Source: Bigelowiella natans CCMP2755 (lineage: Eukaryota > Protista > Cercozoa). From it: a stretch of 34,403 nucleotides of DNA. The stretch spans positions 1-34,403 of the forward strand of contig ADNK01002332.1 in assembly GCA_000320545.1 (NCBI GenBank). The letters are read 5' to 3'. Below are positions 1 to 12,100 of the stretch, piece by piece. Below the pieces are notes generated by a model. That model was not told the DNA's origin. It did not search any database and was given only the letters and a program-made list of their open reading frames with translations. Numbering within the stretch: the first letter of the stretch is position 1; every line of letters begins with the position of its first letter. A program made the position numbers and the translations under genes.

Positions 1-157
1 CATTGTCTTGCCAGGTCTATGGTGGGATAAATATTCTTAAACGTTTATTATTCCCCTAGTTAGGATGCACCCAGTCTTTTCGTCGTCTCAATCCTTACAT
101 ACCCTATGAAATCCAAATGAGTAATGTATTGGATATGTGCAGTGGGGATAGGTTGGA

Positions 158-256
158 AGAGAGAGAAAGAGAGAGAGACGGAGACAGAATCCTTAGAGAA
201 ATCAAGCGTGTGCGAATCGTTGAGTGCATTTAGTATTACTCTCTCTCCCTCTCTCT

Positions 257-294
<38 letters not shown>
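158..294. repeat. (AG)n-rich and (CT)n microsatellites
   Basis: GAGAGA tract at ~158-180 and CTCTCT tract at ~241-294 ending in CAG (acceptor-like). Confidence 0.9.
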
Positions 295-298
<4 letters not shown>

Positions 299-1624
299 GT
301 ATTGCGCCATTAATACTTTGATCTATGTGTGCTCTATGTGTGTTCTTTTTATTGACGCTGGCGTTCATAAAAATATATTTAGTACGTGACAAGGCTTCGA
401 GCTCGTCTCTTAAACAAAAGGGTTCAGAAATGATAAGCATAGCCGATGATAACAGAAACCGAGTGACTTATTATCGAAAAATGAAAAGTTCAATTGAGCG
501 AGTGCATGTGCATGTTGTGCATCTTTAACACACACATCGTCGATCGAATGCATCTCATCAACTTGTTTTCGACGACGACTCAAATGCGCACGCATGCGTG
601 GGACAATTAATGCCCGACCAGCATGCAAGGGTCTTTTGTTTATATGTTTTCAGTGTTGCAGCTGCACACGCTCCAGACGCTTCATGTGCGTGCGTGTGTG
701 CGTTGGCGGGTGACTGTGAGCGCACGACTGCTGTATGCAGAACGAATCGCCTAGCTGTGGCACAATGGCTGACGCACCGGATGAGTTGCGAGCTGTGACA
801 CCACACTAGTGATGGGCCACAGCACGGGCACGTGTCGCTCACGCGTTGCCGACCTTTGTTGGCAGCGATGTTGATCGAATTCGAATTGTTCAACGTGCAC
901 TCTGCGTGCTGTGCACACTAGCTGGCTAGCTAGCTAGTTGGCTGTTGCGCGAGCGTGTTGTTCGCCTTCACAACGTGACGATGCGTGATCGTTCATGGCA
1001 TCGATGTGCTGATGTGCACAGTGGTGAGACATGCGTGCGCACAAGCAGCAGCAGCAGCGTGACTTCAGTGTGTCAGGGAGTGCGACCAAAACCAACACAA
1101 GTCGTCACGTTGTCAAGCAACAACCCAAGCTAGCAAGCAAGCTCAAGCTAGCAAGAGCGATGCATCGCAAGCTGCACACTGCTAGACTGTCACGCACAGA
1201 CACTTGCGCCCGTCTAGCCGTCCACCGTCGTCAGCAGCATCAGTCAGAGTGATCATCGATGCAAAGACGCAGAGTGACTCTGCAATGGTGCGCACCGGAG
1301 ACTGGTGAAAATTGGACTTGCACGTCTAGACGTGTCTCCTTGATCTTTGAAACAAAGGCGATCATGCCACTGCAACGAGAACATCCACACAAATTTTTGC
1401 CCTGTTTCTGAGAGAACACGCTCTCCAATTCAAACTTCGGAATTAATACTTGATTAAATGCATTGAGTTTCTGTGATTACGACATGACAAATGCAAGTTT
1501 TCTAATAAATATCGTGAGTATTCGACTCTTAGCATCCCGTGCCCGCCTCGACCTTCCTGACGGGGGCCGGGGACAGCAAAAATCGATCTACCGTGCAGCC
1601 GCACCAGGCCGGACATAATTAGCA

Positions 1625-4600
1625 ATGTTTGAAGGCTTGGTGGTAGGTCTTCTCAATCAGGTGAGAAGCAACCATGTATCTGCAAGCGCCTTCGATTTGT
1701 AAGGAGTAAATGCTTCTTTCTTTTCACAGTACCTTGGAGAGTTCATCGAGAATGTGTCGTCCGAAGACCTTCGGGCAAAAGTCTGGTCCGGAGAAGTGAT
1801 TCTTAAGAAGCTGAAGGTACGAAATCTCATGGTCCCTTTTTTCACGTTGTTTTAAAATTGTACTCATTATGGTCAGGTGAAGACGAAGGCGCTCGACTTT
1901 TTGCAGCTTCCTATCAATGTAGTTTCTGGATACATTGGGAAAATCCTTCTCAAAGCTGATTGGGCGCATCTCGGCTCGAAGCCTGTTGTGGTGAGTATCC
2001 GAATAACTACTTTATCGCAAGTTCTCCTGTTAAGCTAGCCCGTTCACTTTCAGGTCAACGTTGAAGATGTCTACGTTGTTGCTCGACCAAGGAGTGATTT
2101 TTCTGCGGAGGAGAAACTTGCGATGGAATCAGCTATAAATGCAAAACTCAGGTATGGAAACGAAAATGCCGTTGTTCGAGACCAATGAGATTTTTTACTG
2201 TGTTTGCTTAGAAAACTGGCTTCATGGCAAAAAATCAAACTTGTAGCCCCGGAAGTGGTACAAATACACTAACCTTTTGCGTAGAATTGGTAAAATGTTC
2301 TTAGGTGTTCTCTTCTGTTGGCATTTCGTGTGTACATTGTCAGGCTGCGAACGCAGGAGGCGCGTCTTGGACTGAGAAGCTCACCACGAAAATTGTCAAC
2401 AACTTGCAAATAAGTTTGCGGAGAGTGCATATACGGTAATGCGTTGCGACTGCGAAAGAGCATTGATTCAGTCATATCAAAAGATATTTGTAAATATTAT
2501 GGGGAAATGTAGCGATTCGGAATGAGGGAAGACGTAATAGGTGATTGGGATTAACATCAGGTACGAAGACCCGACACTAGTATCCAAACCAAAGTTCGCT
2601 TGCTGTCTCGGTGTGTGTCTGGGGGAGATAAATGTCAACACCACGGACGAGCTGTGGAAAGAAAAGTTCGTGAACGATGTGAAAGCGGAAGTTCTCTACA
2701 AAAAGCTCGATATGAAGCAGCTCGCAATTTACCTCAATACAAACTCAGAGCAGCTAAACGAGGCACAGCATTTGTCATCATACTTCCGAGAGAATTCCAA
2801 CTACCACCATCTTGTACCACCCCTTGGTGGGTTCGTTAAGCTGACTATGCAGACAGACACCTCTCCAGGCTTGAAGATACCGAAGAACAAAGTGGAGTGT
2901 GGCTTCGAGGGTGCGCTCGGAATTAAATTGTCGGAATACCAGTACCGATGCCTACTAGGGATGCTTTCTGTAATCAACCGGGTGCAGGGCAAGCTCAGTC
3001 GAGTATTAGAAGGCATTAACTTCGAAGCTGGAACACCACAAGACAAAGAAGCGTACGTGACTCTGTACAAGCGTACACTCAACGCGACGTGGCTTCCAGA
3101 GCTGACAACAGAAGAGAAGGGCAAGTTCGACCAACTAGAGCGCAGGCTCACGTTTGAATGCCTGGCACGATACCGCAATGAAGCCATAGCAAAGCTGCGG
3201 CACCAACTCAAGGATGGCGAAGTTGTCATGACGAGGGAGGAGTGGAAGAAACAAAACGAAAAAGACAACTCAATCTCTAGCTCTGTGGCGTATTACCTGG
3301 GATGGGGGAAGAGCAGCAAAAAAGCCGAGGGGCCTAAAGTCACTGAGAGCGAATTAGAATCCAAGACGGAAGAAATCTATAGGCAAATGGACTATAATCC
3401 CGAGGACGACCTCAAGGTAGAGGAGCAAAAGAAGATGCGACCAAAAGACTACATCACGATGCAGGTTTCGTTCCAAATGCCCGAGCTATTCTTCGAGCTG
3501 CTGTCAAAATCGAGGGATAGTTTGTTAAAGCTGGTGGCAGCCAACACAGAGATGAATGCTACAAGTTATGTCGGTGGCCTTGTGGCTGCGGTTCAGATGA
3601 AGAGTTTTCAAGCTAACGACTACTTCACGAAGGACACGCTCTACAAGAATATTATCTTCCAAGAAGATGCCAAAGGTGCTGGCAGCTCCACCTCCCCGTC
3701 GTCGTCAGAGACCAGGCAAGCCTTGTTGCGATTGGAGGTCGAACTCCCGCCGTTGGATAAGTCAGCAGACACCAAGGTCTCTTTGAACCTTGCGGAATCA
3801 ACGATTGTTGTCAACCCCATGATCTTGACCCGCCTAAGCATTTTCTTCACACCACCGCAAGATACTTCCGACTCACTGGAGCTCATCTCTGGATGGTCAG
3901 CACGTCAGGCAAAGTACCTTTCGGATGCTACAACTGCATCGTTGTCCCAGTCTTTGGAAACGCACTCGTCTTTATGGGTTTCATTGGATGTAAAGGCGCC
4001 AACGTTGATCATCCCCGCAGATCTCCGCACCCATAACTCCATGGTTCTCGTCCTTGACTTCGGACAATTCAAGCTCGAAACTGACCTGCAGAGTGAGGAA
4101 GCTATTTCCTCAATCGTCCGTAAAGTGGAGGAGGAGGGTTATGCGTTCAAGGGAGGTGAAGGAGAGGAAAACCAACTCCTTTTGACTAAAGGCGAAGAAG
4201 AAAGAGGAGGGGGAGAGACTAGGGGAGCAGTTACGTCGCCGGAAGGGGGAGAAGAGAAGAAACAGCAGAAGTATTTATCAGCAGAGGAGGCATACCAGTG
4301 CTATGATTGTTACACCATCACCGGAGCCAAATTTGAAGTCTATCTCACCAATGGAGGCCCGAGGTGGCGACAGAATCGAGTTGCGGACCTAGTGGAAGAA
4401 GAGAGAGCGTTTGAGGATATAAAAGCCACGGCATCAGTTCTTAAAAAAGACCGCATAGTTGAGATGAAGATGAATTCCCCATCGACGCTGATCTCCCCTT
4501 TCGACCTCAACATCAAGATTTACAAAACTATAGCCCCTGGGGTTGTCACCCTACCGCGAATGAAAATTGAGGGCGACCTGCCGACGGTCTCGCTTTCGAT

Positions 4601-7600
4601 CAGCCCTTCCAAATACAAAAAGATCATGCAGATTTCGCAGGCCATGAGCGACAATAGTGCGAAAGTGATGCGAAGCGCACCCAAGCCTAGAACCAAGAAC
4701 AAAAACAGCAATACTGCTGCTGAAGGCAAGACTTCGTCTTCATCAACCTCTACACTGACACAGGATACTACTGGGCTGAGAGGCAATATTCTCGACGCCA
4801 AAGAGAATCAAACGTTTGCTGACCTGAAGCATGCTCTCGGAGATCTTCCGGAGACGGATGCCGAGGCCAAGGCCCTTCTAGACAAAGCGAAAGAGATGAA
4901 GGGAGGCGTTCCCCCGAACGTAATTCAGGAGTGGTGGAAGAAGAGAATGCTTCGCCTGCAGACAATCACCTCCCTTCTGCTCACCTTCAAAATCGGCAAT
5001 GTTAGGCTTATATTAGCTCAGGATGGGGCGCAGCAGCACGTCCCCACGAAAGGTCTCGCTGTGGCGACTTTCTCCGACTTCATGCTCGGTATGCGCTCTC
5101 GGTATTTTGACAGCAAGACTGTCGTAGCTCTCTCTGAAGTGTGTTTAGAAGACTTGGAGAATCCATTTGGTGAGGGCTGTGCGAGGTTTCTCAGTGCGGT
5201 ATCCCAAGAGTCCGCAGACTCGAAGAGCTTTGTGCGCGTCGAAATGACATCTGTCCTTCCGGACTCGCCCGAATACGGCAAGCTCCCTTGCCCAAGCATC
5301 ACAGCTGTAAGTGTCGGCGACACCCACGTGACGCTAGAACCGACGCGCTTTGCCGCCTTAATGCAGTTCGTGCTGTACGAGCTGCTGAACTCCGGTGGTT
5401 CGGGGGCGGGGAAGGACGAAAAAAAGAAACAGGGAAAGATTGGTAGCAGCCGCAATAATCAGGAAGAAGCTGAGTCCGGGGCTCAACGACTGCGGACGTT
5501 CCTGCCCTCAGTTGAGGTTTCTGGGAACATCAACGCGCAGGAGGAGAAGGGCCTTTACTACCTGAGGAAAAAGTTCAACCTTCGGATGAACCTGCGATCG
5601 GAAGCTACTGTAGATGCCGAACACAAGACGGGGGTTTTGATTGAGCCGGGCGCTGTCTTCAAGGCCGTGGAGCGTTTGGAAGATGAAAAGACCGGCCAAG
5701 TTTACCTTAAGATCCAGGATGATGACGACGAATTCGTTGGCTGGGCATTCATGAGGCATCCACGCACTAAGGAATTTCTGATCGTGCCGTTTGCAGAGAC
5801 AAAGGTGAATCGCGAAGCCTCCACCACCCAAATCCTGAGGGCCAACTTCGGCGAGCTCTGCATCCACATGATGTGGAAGGGGAAGCCGGTGGCCAAAGCG
5901 GCTATTAAGGAGGTGCAAACCGTGGTCACGCAGTACCGATTCAGCCAGACGGTCAATCTGACTTTGGGGGAGCTTAAAATCCAAGACTGCACGCCTGAGG
6001 GTGTGGTGTATCCAAATGCTGTGGAGACATTAGCACTCCCATCGACATCACCATCAGCATCATCCTCTTCTTCCTCCGGTGCTGCTACTGGCAATAGAGA
6101 AATAACTGTGCCGACGACCACGGCAGCAACGACGAGGCCGTCCAACAATGATCATCCTTGCCTCGTTTGTGTTGAGTACAAAACCTACGATCCTCACGAG
6201 CGCAAATTTCCAGGATATTGCTCCGAGGTGTCCGGCTCGTTTAGGGGCCTCCGGATCATCTACACCGCCAGATTCCTGGACGAAATCGTCTCGATGCTCA
6301 CCTCCCCAGTTTTTAAGAGCGCCTTTAAGCCACCACCAACAACAACAACGTCCAGGCAACAACAAATTAGAAGAGGAGGAGGAGGAGGGCAGCAGCTTCC
6401 GCCATTCGACCAGCAGTCATTGATCACAGCAGCGGATGACGAGAAGTCAACTACCACTGATGGCATGATATCTAGGGAGATGTCCCTTGACGACACGCAA
6501 AGCCTCGCTTCTTCATTCACAGCAAATGATCGAAGGATGCTGACGAGGGGAATGCGAGAGGCTAATACTAGTGACGAAAGAGAGGGTGAAATGGGAGCAG
6601 CAGCATCAGCAGCAGGAGATCATCGCTACGAGGACCCTGCGAAGGGATACATGAAGATTAGCCTCAAATTGTCCGATGTGGAGCTTTGGGTGCCGGAGAG
6701 CTCCAAAGCCAAGGAGAAATTGAGCGCAAGAATTGACAGCATAGAGATCAGCAACAAAATTCTCTCGACCTCGAAGGAACAACTTCGCCCTAAATTCGGG
6801 AGCCAATCCTCCTTCTACAACTTCACGCAATCGAGGAACTTCCAGCGCTACTCGGTGCGGCTCTCACGGTTTTCCATATCGTCGCAAATCTCCCCAGCGG
6901 GCTGCAACAACAACAACAACAACAACCTGGCCACTTCTAACTATCTAATGCAGCTTGGGCCTGTGGAGGTAAACGCGGATAGTATCTCCGATGAACTTGG
7001 CTACATAGCTGGCAACTGGATCGACCTTGGGGAGATCAAGCTGAGGCTAAACCAAAACGAGTATCAAATGATCATGCGGCTTCTCTCCGCGAATCTAGCA
7101 GAGACAAAGAGCATCGTCAGCTTAGATGATGACGATGACGAGGAGGAGGAAGGTGCAGGTGAGGAGGGTCCTCTGCTGGCAATGAGTACAAGTATTGCTT
7201 TACACGAAGAAGCGATAGAAACTCGCAGCAGCCGGTTGCTTATTGAAGAGGACGGAACTAACAGTGTATTCTCAGATAACGTTAGTATGAGAACGGCCTC
7301 TGCGTCGACCAGACATGCAACGCCGTCCTCACATCGCACAAAACAGCGCCAGCAGCAGCAGCAGGAGCAGCAGCCCAAAAAGAAATCTGCTATGCTGCTT
7401 GATGTGAGACTTAAGAAGATCTCCGCGGATCTAGCATGGTTCCGTCAGAATAAAGAGTCCCCGCTCATGGGGCTAGGCATTGAGGATTTGGCAGTAAACT
7501 ACCAAAAGGTTTCCTACGGCGACAACTCCGCATCGGACATATACGCCTCCTGTAAGAACGTTTGCCTTGATGACCACACCGAGGGGAAGGAGAAGGAGAG

Positions 7601-8376
7601 CCCTGCTGTCGGAGGGAAGAGAATGATGAAGGCTTTCAAGTCGATCTTATCCGTCGAGGAACCATCGTCGTCCTCATTAGCAGCACTACCTTTAGAGGAG
7701 GGGAAAAAAAGGGAAGAGGATGATAACAGGGGACGCTCTTCCTACCCGTTCTCCATCAGCGTGAAACAAGCGGGAGGGATCCAAACTACTGCGGATATGC
7801 TGCAGAAGCGCATTCCTGTAATTCGTCCAGATATTGGTACGCAAGTGATGGTGAACGCCAACAACCTGCAGCTGATTCTCCAGGAGGTGCTGCTGGATTT
7901 GGCCAGCTTCTTCACTCTACCTGGGGAGGTGATAATAGACGGATGGATGCAGCAGAAGGGCCGTATGAGGAACGTCAGAAGGTTCATGTCTCTCGAGAAG
8001 GTAGGAACCAGCAGCAGCGATGCTGGAAATAATAGTAAAAGCAACACCAAATTCCTGCTGCACTACGCTGTCGATTCTGGGGGGATAAAACTGGGAGCGT
8101 ACGATCTTAGTCTCGTAAACGTCACCAAAGAGGTTATATGAATATGTACAGCATCGCAGAAGAAGAATAAGATGATGATGATGATGATGAAGAAGAAGAA
8201 GAACTTGATATGAAATGTGTTTTTTTGATTCCATCAATGCTCATCACTATGGTACTGGAGACACCTGTGATCCATAGTCCCATTGTAGTCCTTTCGCATG
8301 CATCGTTTGAACATACCACAGCGTCAAGTCATTGATACGTATTGAAACATCGAAGATGATAATCATGTTCATCATT

Positions 8377-8410
<34 letters not shown>

Positions 8411-8822
8411 CCACCACTGCAATCATCTGAACCATCTTCGCTAAACCAACAAAACGAATGTCGACAGGAGGACACCAGCATCGTGATTACATATCGCGAC
8501 AATGAGAACAACTCTGCATACACCTACGAGCTGCCATCCAATGCGGATAGAGACATGTGGTTCGACGCCCTTGATAACTCTATTGAGCTCCTGCAGCAAG
8601 AAGGACAAGGAGGAGCAGCAAAGGGAGACTCAGAAGAATCAGCGAGAGGAGGCGGCGCAGATATTGGCGCTGCAGCAGGAAAGCCATCAACAACGCCACC
8701 GATGGCAATTCGCGCATCACTCGTCAATCCTTGCGTGATTCTGCCTAGAGACCCTTATGCACAGAAGACGGAAGGGCTTATCCTCTCTTGGAACTTGGAT
8801 GCCGAATACCGGTAGTATAGTG

Positions 8823-8859
<37 letters not shown>

Positions 8860-9157
8860 CAATAATAGTGACGATGACGACAACGAGGAAGATTGAGAAT
8901 TTGTTTGCTTGTAGACTCAACTTACTCGTCACTACATGACATGCCAACAACTTTTGGATGACACGCCTTGAGAAAAAACTTTGATTTGTTATTTACAACG
9001 AAAGAGGGTAGAAATGTGCAAGAAGTCATTTTGCTTTGGAGAATGTCCTTCTCATCTGATTATCCTTCTTCCCGGGATTGATTAAGCAGGCTAGGACGCG
9101 TGCATATGAACCACCAAAGTGTTATCAGAAATATATAATCACAATGATGTCCTTGCG

Positions 9158-9192
<35 letters not shown>

Positions 9193-12100
9193 GCGTGTGG
9201 TAGGAGCCTGGGAGGTAAAGGCGGGGGAACCATTCTCAAAGCAAGCCTAGAAAACACAAAAATATCCCGAGCGAACTTTGATGCGTCTCAGACCCTCTGC
9301 TGGGCAATGCATCAGCATCAGCAGCAGCAACAACAGGGAGCAGCGGGGATTGGGGAGGGAGGCAGGGCTTCATCGCGGAACTCATCAGGTATTCGTGTTC
9401 ACGCCGAGCCGCTAATCGCTCCTTTTGACATGTGGTTTGAGAAATACAGCTTCGCTTCTCCGCTGAAAGGGCTTTTGAAAGACGTCAGCATTCATTTAGA
9501 CAATAACAGTGTCGACGTGTTATCAAACGGTACCGCCGGGAAGATGCGTCTCGGCTCCGTCGTCGCGAAACTGCGATATAATGACTACAAGCTGGTTATG
9601 CACGTGATTAAGGATGTGACAGATAAGCTCTCTGGAGGAAAGAGCATGGACGCGCCGGGTCTCCACACTAATGAATTATCGCTCCCGCGAACCACTTCGG
9701 AAGGGGAGGCGGATAGCAAATTATCAGAGCATCTTGGGGAGGAGGACGGAGACGACGAGTCCAAAGACGACGACATCGCCACCACCATAAAGAACCAACA
9801 AGCAGAAACAAATCACTATGAGCAGTCTCCTTCCCCCCCCCCTCGCCCGGTGGCTGCAGTTCTACCAGAACAGACCTGGGACATTGAGCTAAAACGTGTG
9901 TCGGTGACGCTGATCAACGACAAGGCCAAATTTGATGTGCCAATTGCACGCGTCTCCCTGGACGAGATGAGACTGTCCACGAGAGCAGTCTCGCACGGAA
10001 TGAGGGCTTTTATCAAGCTTCGCATCATGGCAGACTATCACAACAACAAGAAGTCCTCCTGGGAGCCTATGCTGGAACCGTGGAATATGGTGGTGCGGTA
10101 CCTCGCGCTCAAAGACCCTATTGTACCGCTGCACTATCGCTTCGCTCCGGAAGGATCGATGAGGTATGATGATCAAGTGGAGTATCCTGTTGAAGATCGA
10201 AGTTACCTGCACGTCTCTTCAGACAAAGACCTCAACCTGAACCTTACAGCAGGAATGGTCATGTCTGTCCAGCAATCGGTGGCCCTTCTGACGAATACAA
10301 CAGAGGAAGATGACGAGAAGGAGGGTGGGGGGGAGGACGGTGGAGCAGCAACAGCAGCGGTAGAAGCCGCCGTAACCAGCAGCAGCAATGAAGATGGTGC
10401 GGAACAAAAGCAGTTGCGACTTCAAAATATCCACGAAGATCCATACAGTTTCGTCAACGAGACGGAATTTCCCATCTCATTCACGATGAATGGTGCAGAA
10501 AAGACCCGTAGGCTTGTCCCCCCGGGCGCGTCGGTTCCCTTTTCCTTCCAAACATCCAACCCCACCTCCTATTACGATTCACAAAAGGCAGCCTTGCTGC
10601 TAGTTGTAGGCGAGGTTCCCTTCGACAAGAACGAGACGAAGGCACTGACCCAGTGCAACGGGTTCGAGGAGTTCTACCGATTGGCTGAGCTGCAGTCGTA
10701 CAGTGTGCGCATGTCGATCTTGGGCTCCTTCCCCCCTCGTATGGTGCTCAAAGAAAAGACGAGGAGGTTCCTAAAGATCTTCTACAACTCGGAACGTCTT
10801 GTGACAACTGACGTAGCCACCGAGCGCCACCATCCGCAATGGCTGAATATCCTCTTTGACTGTAGGAAGGTGCAGAAAGGGAACGGAGAGTATATCATCA
10901 TCCAGTGTGCAGACGCCGATAATGACGTAGCTTACACCGTCCGCTTCCCCTACGCGGAACTCTTTTCTTCTTCTTCCTCAATAGAGAAGAAGAAGAAGAG
11001 CTTCCCTTTGAAGGATGACAAGGGACGGGAGACCGGCGCGTACCTCAAGTTTCTGCGCGTGCGAGATGCCAAGGTCCATACCGCCGGGGAGTCAAAGGTG
11101 CTTCTCGACGAGGACAGCTGGATATGCCTCCCTGCTTACGATTTCTCTGGTGAAACCCCGGTCCTCAAACGGCCTGACCTTGCCGGAAACGTCAAGGCAA
11201 TGATCCATGTCTCGAAGCAGATCGGTAGCGTGGCCTTTAGCATGGCGGGGGCGTTCTACGCAAAAGCCACGTTCAAGAGTCTGCGGCACTTCGATGCCCC
11301 CGGGAGAGCGAGCGACATGGGCCTTTACATATCAGTGCAAGCTCCTATCGTGAGAAGCCATCTGATCTCCTACTTCAAGGACACTCCTACCTCAGTATTT
11401 CCCCTCTCTGCCGTCGCTTCTGCATCATCTGTAGGTCACGTGGCCATACGCATGCATGTTCCTGCTCGTGAGAGCGGCGTGACGAAGAGGTCCCAGGAAT
11501 GGAAGATGACAACTACGGCAGGAGGAGTGGGAGGAAACGAAGGGAAGGATAGAGAGGGAGCTGTACTGCTCAACCACGTGCAGCCTTTCTACGATTTCAT
11601 CGCGCAAGGGGACAAGATTGTTAGCGTGAAGACGGATCTCGTAGCAAAAGACAAGCAACTCGCCAGCAGCAGGCGTTTTCAAACAGCTGGACAGCAGTTG
11701 TTGCCATCAATCCTGTACACCACCAAGTTCACGAACGGACTGAAGCGGATTACTGTGCATTCTGACACAAAGTTTGTCAACAATACCGCCTTGAGCCTCG
11801 AGCTCAGCATCAGGTGTAATGGCAGGCCCCTCCTCGCCTCTCGCTATCCGTACCAACAAAATGGCAATCGTGGGAATCATGATGGCTCGAGAGTTGCTGT
11901 TTCTACTCCTCAGTATGATGAAGAGGTGTGGGCCAGAATTGAGCCAGGAAAGGAGGTCTTTCTGCCTACCATGCTCACCTCCGATGGTAAAACTTTGTCT
12001 CAGAAGCGCCAGGTGCATATTCGCCCAGCAGCAGCAGCAGGAGGAGGAGGAGGAGGACTTGGCGGGAGAAGTGCCTTCCAATGGTCCAAGCCGTTAGAAC

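Noticed and set aside
1-528. 3' exons of an upstream gene (TM-like frame 325-528)
   Set aside because: Splice-like signals exist, but a TGA at 319-321 interrupts the best frame and the upstream context is outside the window.
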